NCBI GenBank assembly: GCA_047602405.1
Contig: JASGHJ010000002.1
Location: 2,624,001-2,688,000 of the forward strand
DNA from: Anaeromyxobacteraceae bacterium
GTDB taxonomy: Bacteria > Myxococcota > Myxococcia > Myxococcales > Anaeromyxobacteraceae
Length of the DNA: 64,000 nt
Reading direction: 5' to 3'
Numbering within the stretch: the stretch's first letter is position 1; every line of letters begins with the position of its first letter. Below the pieces are notes generated by a model. The model saw only the letters and a program-made list of their open reading frames with translations, did not search any database and was not told the origin of the DNA. The position numbers were made by a program, and so were the translations under genes. This document shows, piece after piece, positions 1-7,844 of the stretch.

Positions 1-105
1 TACGTCGCCGCGCGTGCAGCCCGCCTCCTCGCCGGCGACGAAGGCTTCCGCGCCGAGCGCGAGGAGCAGGGCCGCCGCCTCGCGCTCGAGATCGGCGCCG
101 CGTAG
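1..105 (+). CDS. 3' end of a gene starting upstream of the window (partial, unknown product)
   Basis: Frame 1 is open with GC3-rich codons (YVAARAARLLAGDEGFRAEREEQGRRLALEIGAA) up to TAG at 103-105. Confidence 0.55.
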   Translation, partial: YVAARAARLLAGDEGFRAEREEQGRRLALEIGAA

Positions 106-280
106 CGCACGGCCGGCTCGCCGGGCCCGCCGTCGCGTCAGCCACCTCCGCCCGCCGTTACACCCGCGACCCTTCGTGGCCCCCGCGTAACGCCCCGCCG
201 TGCGGCGGGACGGAGGGCGTGCGTGGAAGCCGCGCCGGCCTGATGCCGACCGCGGACCGTTCCGCCACGGAGAACAACCC

Positions 281-1382
281 ATGTCGAATCCGTCACCTCG
301 CCGGCACGTCCGGCCGTGCAGCGCTCGCCGCGGTGGCCCTCGCCACCGCCTTCACCGCGGGCGTCGCCCGCGCCCACGACGGGGCCGGCCTCGAGGCCGG
401 CGCCGTCTACACGCAGTCGAACGCCACCGCCGGCAACGCGATCCTCGCGTTCCGGCGGGCCGCCGACGGCTCCCTCGCCGCCGCCGGCAGCTACCGCACC
501 GGCGGCGCCGGCCTCGGCCGCGGGCTCGGGTCGCAGGGCGCCGTCGCGCTCAGCCCGAACGGCCGCTGGCTCTTCGCCGTCAACGCCGGCAGCAACAGCA
601 TCTCCTCCTTCCGCGTGGACGCCCGCGGCCTCGCCCTCGCCGACGTGGTCGACTCCGGCGGCGTGCGCCCGGTGAGCCTCACCGTGCACGGCAACGTGCT
701 CTACGTCCTCAACCAGGGCAGCGACGGCATCGCCGGGTTCTGGATCGGCAACCGGGGCGAGCTCGAGCCCATCCCGCACTCGGCGCGCCCGCTGAGCGCC
801 CCGAACGCCAACGGCGCCGAGATCGCGTTCGGCCCGGACGGCGACGTCCTCGTCGTGACCCTCCGCGCACTCTCCGTCATCGACACGTTCGCGGTCGAGG
901 ACGACGTCGCCGGGCCGGCGCAGGCGTCCCCCGCCGCGGGCCAGGGGCCGTTCGGGTTCGCCTTCGACCGCCGCGGCCGCATCTTCGTCACGGAGGCGGG
1001 CTCGACCACCGTGTCCTCCTACGCGGTCAGCGAGGACGACGGCGTCCGGGCGATCAGCGCCGCGGTCCCGGCCGGCGGCAACGCGCCGTGCTGGCTCGTG
1101 GTCACCCGGAACGGCCGCTTCGCGTTCGAGACGAACGCCGCGAGCGGGACCGTCTCGCGCTTCGCGATCGCCCACGACGGCTCCATCTCCTTCCTCGGCA
1201 CGGCGCCCGCGCTCGGCGCCGGGGTCACCGACGAGGCCCTCTCGGGCGGCAGCCGCTTCCTGTACGCCCTCATGGGCGGCAGCGGGGCCATCGACGGCTT
1301 CGCGGTGGGCCAGGACGGCGGACTGACGCCGATCCCGGGCGCGGTGCTGCCCGCCGGCGCGGCAGGCCTCGCGGCGCGCTGA
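281..1382 (+). CDS. Secreted lactonase-family 7-bladed beta-propeller protein; apparent +1 frameshift just after the start
   Basis: Repeated propeller motifs (ALSPNGRWLFAVNAGSNSISSF, PCWLVVTRNGRFAF). GGAG RBS precedes ATG 281. Deleting one A in GAATC (286-290) gives MSIRHLAG plus a signal peptide in the 219..1382 frame. Confidence 0.8.
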
Positions 1383-1413
1383 TCCGGACCGCGACCGACC
1401 GTTCGACCGGAGT

Positions 1414-1442
1414 CGGGCGGCCCGGCGTCACCGGGCCGCCCG
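1414..1442. terminator. 12-bp GC hairpin downstream of the lactonase gene
   Basis: CGGGCGGCCCGG-cgtca-CCGGGCCGCCCG perfect inverted repeat; no U-tract. Confidence 0.4.
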
Positions 1443-1636
1443 TCATGCTCGTGGGCCTCGGGGCCCACCCGGGGTTGGGCTTCACCCGCTGCCGGCGGCC
1501 ACCCGGACCCACCGTCGTCTGCGGCGAACCGCCCGTCCATCCGCAGGGTTCTGGACCGTGCGCCGGCCCATTTCACCGAGGGTAGACCGCGCCGGGGTGG
1601 TCCGGTTCCTGCTCTCTCGCGCGGGCGAGGTGAAGG

Positions 1637-2057
1637 ATGTCCTGGCGGCTCGAGCTTCTGACCGGCGACGACGGAGATCGACTCCCAGCACCGGGGTCTG
1701 CTCGAGGGCGTCGAGCAATTCTTCGGCGTGCTCGCCCGCGGCGACCGGGACGCGGCGCGCAGGGGCCTCGCCGCGCTGCGGGCAGCCTTCCTCCAGCATG
1801 CCGCGCACGAGGAGCACCTCATGGCCGTCACGCGGTACCCGCTCGCCGCCACCCACCGCGCCGGGCACGCGGCCGTCTTCCGCCAGGTGCGGTGGCTCGA
1901 GGCCGAGATCGAGGTGGGTGAGGCGTTCGATCAGCTGACCGCGACCGCGCGGTCGCTGCTCAGCGACTACATCGAGCAGCACGTCGCCGGCACCGATCGC
2001 GCGCTCGTGCGCTGGATCTCGAGCCGGCGCGAGGCGTCCTTCGGCAAGGTGGGCTGA
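1637..2057 (+). CDS. Bacteriohemerythrin-like protein (frameshift near 1672)
   Basis: Joined frames read MSWRLELLTGDx-EIDSQHRGLL...HAAHEEHLM...YP...HRAGH...HVAGTD, the hemerythrin H/E/D ligand pattern; GAGG RBS. Confidence 0.8.
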
Positions 2058-2070
2058 GGCGGGGGGCGTC

Positions 2071-2538
2071 TCAGGCGACCGCAAGCGCTGCCCGCCGGTC
2101 GAGCCGGCGGAGCGCGAGCCCGGCCGCGAGCCCTCCGAGCCCGTTCCAGGCCACCGTCATCCAGGGCGTCCACGCCGCGCGGGCGACCGGCCGCTGCCCG
2201 AGCCCCAGCGCGGGCGAGAGCACGACCGCCCCTGCGCCGGCGGCGAGGCCGAGCAGGAGCCCGCGCCTCATCGGATGCGCTGCGCGGCCCCAGCCGACGA
2301 GCGCGTACCAGGCCGTATTGGACACGAGGTCGCCCGCGAGCGTCGCGGCGTACCCGCGCCGGCCCCGAGGCCGTGCGAGGCCTGCCGCGCCGAGCACGCG
2401 ATCGAGCCCCCGCGCGCCGATCACGTCCATCCTGGGCGCACCGGGGACGAAGCGACGCGCGACCTCGTGCACGCGGGTGAGCACCGCAGCGCCGACAGCG
2501 CCGGACAGGAAGGAGCGCGAGAGGGTGGACATCCTCAC
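2071..2538 (-). CDS. Hypothetical membrane protein
   Basis: 155-aa ORF with several hydrophobic segments and host-like codon bias. Confidence 0.65.
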   Translation of the reverse strand: MRMSTLSRSFLSGAVGAAVLTRVHEVARRFVPGAPRMDVIGARGLDRVLGAAGLARPRGRRGYAATLAGDLVSNTAWYALVGWGRAAHPMRRGLLLGLAAGAGAVVLSPALGLGQRPVARAAWTPWMTVAWNGLGGLAAGLALRRLDRRAALAVA

Positions 2539-2627
2539 AAGGTGCGCCTGCCCGGGGCCGTCCGCCTCGGGCCCGCTTCACCCTGCCGGGCCATCCGCGC
2601 GGAGGGCCCTCGTGGGGCGCAGGCCGC

Positions 2628-3827
2628 TCAGGACGAGCAGGTCGAGCCGCACTTCCCGGCCGCGTCGCAGAAGCTCGTGTTGACGGGCGGCGGCGAGGAC
2701 GACGCGGCGCCCGCCTGGTGCGGGTTGTCGGTGGAGATCCCGGCGCACCACTGCCAGTACGGCACGGGGCTCGTGTTGCTCCGGAAGAGCGAGTCGTGCA
2801 GGACGAGCTGCGCGTGCGAGCCGTTCCCGGTGAGGAACACGGCCGCGCCGAACTCGTTCGCGGCGTTGTCCCGCACCTCGGTCCCGCAGAGGGTGACGTC
2901 CGCGCCGTCGCCGCCGTCCTTGTAGATGGCGCCGCCGTTGCCACCCGAGCCGGTCTGGTGCTGGCCGGCGTGGACGCAGGCGCACCTCGTCGCGTCGTCG
3001 TCGTTGGCGCCGTGGCCCACGGCCGCGTTGCCCTCGAAGAGGCTGTCGATCACGAAGGCGCCCGCCCAGAGCATGCCGAACGCGCCGGCGTTGCTGGCCC
3101 GGTTGTTCCGGAAGGTGCTCCCGACGACGTACGCCGGCGTCGCGGTGCCGAGGAGGTAGATCGCGCCGCCGCCGGTGTCCGGGCCGAGCAGCGCGGCCTC
3201 GTTGCCGGTGAAGGTGACGTCGACGATCCGGAGCTGCCCGTCGCGCATCAGGAGCGCCCCGCCCTGCCCGTCGTCGAAGCCCGTCGAGCAGCCGTCGTTC
3301 GGGAGCGTCGTGCAGGCCGGGATGGCCTGGGTCCCCGTCGCCTTCCCGTGCGCGAGCGCGAGGTGCTGGAGCGTGAGCCGGTCGAGGTTCTTCTGCCAGC
3401 TGCCCTCGTGGACGAAGGAGAGGATCCGCACCGCGCCGCCGCCGTCGAGCGTGACCGCGTTGCCGCCGTCGATCACCGTGTCCACCGCGGGCTCGTTCGC
3501 GTAGGCGTTGGAGGTGGGCGGCGTGAGCGTGGCGGTGACCGGGATCGTGACCGGCGACGGGCCGCAGTCGAACGTGACGACGCCGCCCTTCCTGACCGCG
3601 GCGTCGAGCGCCGCGAAGGTGCAGGAGGCCGGCGTGCCCGTGCCCACCACCGTCGTCGGGTGCGCGGTGTCGGCGAGGAGGGAGCCCGTGGGCAGGGCGA
3701 GGCTCGTGCAGTGGCCGTCCGGGTTGCCGGCCGGGAAGGAGATGCTGCCGCCGGTCGAGGGCGACGCCGCGCACGCGGTGGCGGCGAGGAGGGCGGCGAG
3801 GACGCCGTGATGCCGGGGCGAGACCAT
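2628..3827 (-). CDS. Secreted/lipoprotein with pectin-lyase-like right-handed beta-helix (GGAI repeats)
   Basis: ATG 3827, signal ending LAATAC; GGA(I/L) and FxxN repeats (GGALLM, GGAIYL, GGAIYK); Cys-rich. It is the C-terminal part of listed ORF 2628..4802. Confidence 0.75.
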   Translation of the reverse strand: MVSPRHHGVLAALLAATACAASPSTGGSISFPAGNPDGHCTSLALPTGSLLADTAHPTTVVGTGTPASCTFAALDAAVRKGGVVTFDCGPSPVTIPVTATLTPPTSNAYANEPAVDTVIDGGNAVTLDGGGAVRILSFVHEGSWQKNLDRLTLQHLALAHGKATGTQAIPACTTLPNDGCSTGFDDGQGGALLMRDGQLRIVDVTFTGNEAALLGPDTGGGAIYLLGTATPAYVVGSTFRNNRASNAGAFGMLWAGAFVIDSLFEGNAAVGHGANDDDATRCACVHAGQHQTGSGGNGGAIYKDGGDGADVTLCGTEVRDNAANEFGAAVFLTGNGSHAQLVLHDSLFRSNTSPVPYWQWCAGISTDNPHQAGAASSSPPPVNTSFCDAAGKCGSTCSS

Positions 3828-3865
3828 GACCTGCACACGAGCGGGCCACGGGTCCGTGTAGGTGG

Positions 3866-4786
3866 TCAAGCCCCCGCCGAGGCGAGCAGCCGGCCCTCCA
3901 CGAAGATGTACTTGAGGTCGGGGTGCCTGAGCTGGAGCGCCCGCTCGATCCGGGCGATGGAGCCGGCGAGCTGCGATGTCCCCAGGCCCGTCTTGAACTG
4001 GAGCTCCACGTTGAGGACCACGGTGTCCGGCCCGAAGTGCACGGTGAGTGCCCGGCCGACCTCGGCCACGGCGGGGTCCGCGGAGGCGATCGCCCGCACG
4101 TCCTCGAGCGTCGCCGGATTGGCCGCCTCCCCGACCAGCAGGCCCCGCGACTCCCGCGCGAGCACGAGCGCCACCGCCATGAGCAAGAGGCCGATGGCGA
4201 TGGAGGCGGCGCCGTCGAAGGCAGGCTCGCCGGTCGCGTGGGCGAGGAAGGTGCCGATGGCCGCGAACGCGATGCCGAGGAGCGCCGCGGTGTCCTCGAG
4301 CAGCACCACGAAGACGAGCGGGTCCTTCGTGCGCCGGATCTCGTCCCAGACGCCGCGGTCGCCCTTCGCCTGGAGGAACTCGCGCAGCGCGACCGTGAAG
4401 CTCGCCCCCTCGAAGACGAGCGCGAAGCCGAGGACCCCGTAGGTCGCGAGCGCGTGGTCGGCCGGGTGCGGCGCGAGCAGGTGGTGGATCCCCTCGTAGA
4501 CCGACATCCCGCCGCCGACCGCGAAGATGAGGAGCGCCACCACGGTGGTCCAGAAGTAGAGCTCCTTCCCGTGGCCGAACGGGTGCGCGGCGTCGGCGGG
4601 CCGGCGGCTCCGGCGCATGCCCACGAACAGCAGGAGCCCGTCGCCGGTGTCGACGAGCGAGTGGATGCCCTCGGACAGCATGGCCGAGCTGCCGGTGAGG
4701 GCCGCCACCGTGAACTTCGCGGCCGCGATGGCGGCGTTGCTCGCGATGGCGGCGACGACCGAGGCGTGACCGGACCCGTGCGCCAT
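3866..4786 (-). CDS. Cation diffusion facilitator (CDF) family transporter
   Basis: SAMLSEGIHSLVD, HPFGHGKE, LLEDTAA motifs; about 6 TM helices plus C-terminal domain. Confidence 0.93.
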   Translation of the reverse strand: MAHGSGHASVVAAIASNAAIAAAKFTVAALTGSSAMLSEGIHSLVDTGDGLLLFVGMRRSRRPADAAHPFGHGKELYFWTTVVALLIFAVGGGMSVYEGIHHLLAPHPADHALATYGVLGFALVFEGASFTVALREFLQAKGDRGVWDEIRRTKDPLVFVVLLEDTAALLGIAFAAIGTFLAHATGEPAFDGAASIAIGLLLMAVALVLARESRGLLVGEAANPATLEDVRAIASADPAVAEVGRALTVHFGPDTVVLNVELQFKTGLGTSQLAGSIARIERALQLRHPDLKYIFVEGRLLASAGA

Positions 4787-4882
4787 GCCCTACGCTGCGC
4801 ACGCCCCCGTGGCCTCACCGCGCGCGCGGATCGCCCCGCGCGAGCGCCCGCTCGCTCGGTCGGTGCCCTGACCGGAAAAGGC

Positions 4883-4916
4883 GACGGGCGCCTCGGAGTG
4901 ACCCGAAGCGCCCGTC
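4883..4916 (-). terminator. Rho-independent terminator after tRNA-Ala
   Basis: Minus-strand stem GACGGGCGCTTCGG...CCGAGGCGCCCGTC followed by GCCTTTTCC. Confidence 0.7.
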
Positions 4917-4930
4917 TTGTTTCAGCGTAT

Positions 4931-5006
4931 TGGTGGACCCGACCAGGATCGAACTGGTGACCTCCTGAATGCCATTCAGGCGCGCTCCCAGCTGCGCCAC
5001 GGGCCC
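4931..5006 (-). tRNA. tRNA-Ala (anticodon GGC)
   Basis: GGGCCCGTGGCGCAGCTGGGAGCGCGCCTGAATGGCATTCAGGAGGTCACCAGTTCGATCCTGGTCGGGTCCACCA: cloverleaf, G3:U70 pair, TTCGA loop, encoded CCA. Confidence 0.97.
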
Positions 5007-5048
5007 GTATTCACTTGTCGTGCTGCCGTACCGCTGAACTGCGTGCTG

Positions 5049-5339
5049 CTACGTCGTGCTGCCCTGCGGCTTGAGGTGCTCGTTCTTCAGCGCCTCCAGC
5101 TTGCGGTCGATCTCCTGGAGCTGCTCCTCCAGGCTCTTCACCGCGTCGAAGTACCGCCCGAGCTCCTGCGGAACCTCGATCCGCCCGGCCTGGCACAGCG
5201 CCCTGAAGCGCTCCCCCAGCACCCGGTTGGCCTCGTCGAGCTTGCGGCGGACCTTCGTCCGGTCGAGCTTTCGCTTGCCGACCTGCGACCGGTGCACGAC
5301 CCGGTCCCGCAACGTCTCGAGGAAGTCCGAGAAACTCAC
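5049..5339 (-). CDS. Hypothetical coiled-coil protein
   Basis: 96-aa charged helical ORF with strong codon bias. Confidence 0.75.
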   Translation of the reverse strand: MSFSDFLETLRDRVVHRSQVGKRKLDRTKVRRKLDEANRVLGERFRALCQAGRIEVPQELGRYFDAVKSLEEQLQEIDRKLEALKNEHLKPQGSTT

Positions 5340-5475
5340 CGCGCTACCAGAACCTCTCTTCCCCCGCCGGCCCCGTCGGACCGGTTGGGAGGGCAGTGAT
5401 TAGCGCGTAAGGCCCGGACGCGTCAAGGTGGTTCTGTCGCGGCGAACGGTCCCGTTCTACACTCGTTACCGACAC

Positions 5476-6354
5476 ATGCGCCGCCTGCTCGCCCTCCTCG
5501 CCGCCCTCGCCCTGGCCCCCGTGGCCGGGGCGGACGAGCCGCCCGAGAAGGCGCCCGAGAAGCCTGCCGAGGCCGCGCCGGCCTCCGCCCCCGCCGAGGC
5601 TACCCCGCCCCCCGCCACCTCCCCGGAAGCGCCGGGCTACAGGCCCCGCTTCTGGCGCGAGTGGTTCCCGGAGCCGACCTCGGCCCCGGCGTCGCCGTTC
5701 TGGTGGGGCTGGAGCTGGGGCTGGGGCTACTACCCGGTCTACCCCGGCCACGACATGAAGCGCCCGGAGGGCGTCGCCTTCCCGGAGCCGCAGCCGGATC
5801 GCATCACGACCACGCTGCACTTCGCCGGCGCGGCCAGCTCCCACGCCGGCGTGGCGGGGCTGCGGCTCGCCATCGACGGCCGGCGGCTCGGCTTCGAGGC
5901 GAGCGTGGACGCCCTCGCGCTCGGGTCGAAGACCTCCACGGAGGTGAACCCGGTGAGCGGCACGCAGACGCTGGGCGTCGCGTCCGCGTTCGGGACCTTC
6001 TCCTTCGTGTCGGAGCGGAACGTGCGGGTCCGGCTCGAGGCGGGCGGGGCCGTGCTGTCGATCCCGGACGCCGGCGCCTACGCCTCGCAGCCCTACGGCG
6101 GCAGCGTGCTCGTGGGGCCGGCCGTCGGCGTCTCCATGCACCTCGGCCTCGTGGGCCCCCTCGGCATCGAGGGCCACGCACGGCTGAGCCCGGCGCCGGT
6201 GCTCGTCGAGGACAGCCGGCTCGCCCTCGCCTTCCGGGCGGGGTCGCTCGCCTTCACCTACGGCCACCGTCGGCTGAGGGTGTACGGCGACGGCAAGGAT
6301 GCGCCGCGGCTGTCGTTCGGCGGGACCGAGGTCGGGCTCGCGGTCCGCTTCTGA
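5476..6354 (+). CDS. Hypothetical outer-membrane beta-barrel protein
   Basis: Signal peptide MRRLLALLAALALAPVAGA, Pro-rich linker, alternating beta-strands, C-terminal Phe (GLAVRF). Confidence 0.75.
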   Translation: MRRLLALLAALALAPVAGADEPPEKAPEKPAEAAPASAPAEATPPPATSPEAPGYRPRFWREWFPEPTSAPASPFWWGWSWGWGYYPVYPGHDMKRPEGVAFPEPQPDRITTTLHFAGAASSHAGVAGLRLAIDGRRLGFEASVDALALGSKTSTEVNPVSGTQTLGVASAFGTFSFVSERNVRVRLEAGGAVLSIPDAGAYASQPYGGSVLVGPAVGVSMHLGLVGPLGIEGHARLSPAPVLVEDSRLALAFRAGSLAFTYGHRRLRVYGDGKDAPRLSFGGTEVGLAVRF

Positions 6355-6358
6355 GCGG

Positions 6359-6469
6359 CTACTTCTTCGCGGAGGTCTTCTTCGCGGCCGCCTGACGCTT
6401 CTTGCGCGCCTTCCACTTCTGGCGGTTCCGGGACTTCACGCGGATGTGCTTGCTCTTCGAGTTGGCCAT
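6359..6469 (-). CDS. Small basic protein, 36 aa (absent from ORF track)
   Basis: MANSKSKHIRVKSRNRQKWKARKKRQAAAKKTSAKK*; strong AAGGAG RBS; all Lys codons are AAG. Confidence 0.75.
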   Translation of the reverse strand: MANSKSKHIRVKSRNRQKWKARKKRQAAAKKTSAKK

Positions 6470-6542
6470 TCGTTCTCCTTGGGACGCGCTTTCTATCAGC
6501 AAGCCCGCGTCCGGGTAAACAGGCTGTGTCCGGGGGACTGCC

Positions 6543-7844
6543 CTACACCTTCCCCTTGTCCGGCTCCGGGGGCCGGACCGGGATGGCCATGCCCTCGGCG
6601 CCGCGCACCGCGGTGGGCTTCGCGGCGGGCATGTCGGCCCGCACCGCCGTGCCCGGACCGTCGGGCCGGGGCGGCCGCGGCACCGCCGAGGGCCGCGGGG
6701 CGGCGACGAGCCGGGCCCGCTCCTCCTCCCAGCCCTTCACGAGCTCCTCGAGGTCGTCGAGCGGGATGGCCCGGCAGACGTTGCCGTTCGCGCCGTCGAG
6801 GTCCTCGGCCATGCAGAGCGCGTTCAGGATGGCCTCCTCGGTCGCCTCGATGACCGCCTCGTAGAGCGGGTCGATGCGCGGGTCGAGGAGGAGCTTCATC
6901 CGGTAGACCATCTTGCGCGACTCGCGCGGCACCTGGTTCGCGGTCGAGAACGCGAGCATGATCTCGCCCGAGCCGTGCATCGCGGAGGAGCCGACCCGGC
7001 CCACCGCGAGCGAGGCCCGCTTCGCGATCCGGTTGAGCTGGTGGGTCGCGAGCGGCGCGTCGGTGGCGACCACCGCGATGATCGACCCGTAGTTCTTGGA
7101 CCGGCGCGGCATCGCGGCGTAGCGGGCCTCGAGCACCTCGCCCACCGGCAGGCCGCCCACCCGGAGCTGCCGCATCACGCCGAAGTTCGACATGACGAGC
7201 ACGCCGACCGTGAAGCCGCCGAGCGCCTCGGGGAGCTTCCGGCTCGAGGTGCCGATGCCCGCCTTGAAGTCGCAGGTGATCATCCCGGTGCCGCCGCCGA
7301 CGTTGCCCTCGGCGACCGGCCCGTCGCTCGCGGCGCGGAGCGCCTCGTGGACGTGCTCCTCCTTCACGTGGCGGCCGGCGATGTCGTTCAGCCAGGAGTC
7401 GTCGCACTCGCCGACGAGCGGGATGATGACGTCGTGCTCGTCGCCGATGCCGGGGTACCGGTCGATCATCCACTTCACGGCGGCGTCGGACACCGCGCCC
7501 ACCGAGAGCGTGTTCGTGAGGAAGATCGGCGTCTCGACGAGGCCCCACTCGAGGAGCTGGGTCATGCCCGAGACCTCGCCGGCCCCGTTCAGCACGAACC
7601 CGCCGCCGACCACCCGGTTCTCGAAGACGTTCTCCGGGTTCGGGAGGATCGCGGTCACGCCGGTGCGCACCGGGCCCTTCCCGGCCTTGAGCGGGCCGCC
7701 CGCCCCGCGGATGAGGGTGGAGTGGCCGACCTTCACGCCCTCCACGTCGGTGATGGCGTTGAAGCGTCCGGGCTTGAACCGGCCGACGCGGATGCCGAGG
7801 TCGCGCGCGCGACGGCGCGCCGGCTTCGCGGGCTGCTCGCTCAC
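6543..7844 (-). CDS. DmpA/BapA-like aminopeptidase (P1/S58 family Ntn hydrolase)
   Basis: NAITDVEGVKVGH, RTGVTAILP, NGAGE, ECDDSWLND, EGNVGGGTGM, G|SIIAVVATDAP autocleavage site; GTG start overlaps the upstream stop (GTGA). Confidence 0.92.
   Translation of the reverse strand: MSEQPAKPARRRARDLGIRVGRFKPGRFNAITDVEGVKVGHSTLIRGAGGPLKAGKGPVRTGVTAILPNPENVFENRVVGGGFVLNGAGEVSGMTQLLEWGLVETPIFLTNTLSVGAVSDAAVKWMIDRYPGIGDEHDVIIPLVGECDDSWLNDIAGRHVKEEHVHEALRAASDGPVAEGNVGGGTGMITCDFKAGIGTSSRKLPEALGGFTVGVLVMSNFGVMRQLRVGGLPVGEVLEARYAAMPRRSKNYGSIIAVVATDAPLATHQLNRIAKRASLAVGRVGSSAMHGSGEIMLAFSTANQVPRESRKMVYRMKLLLDPRIDPLYEAVIEATEEAILNALCMAEDLDGANGNVCRAIPLDDLEELVKGWEEERARLVAAPRPSAVPRPPRPDGPGTAVRADMPAAKPTAVRGAEGMAIPVRPPEPDKGKV

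Noticed and set aside
1..4930. Integrative island downstream of tRNA-Ala
   Set aside because: The genes look accessory, but there is no integrase, no duplicated tRNA 3' end within the window and no compositional shift.
4815..5000. 61-aa ORF overlapping the tRNA
   Set aside because: Spurious translation of the tRNA-Ala gene and its terminator.
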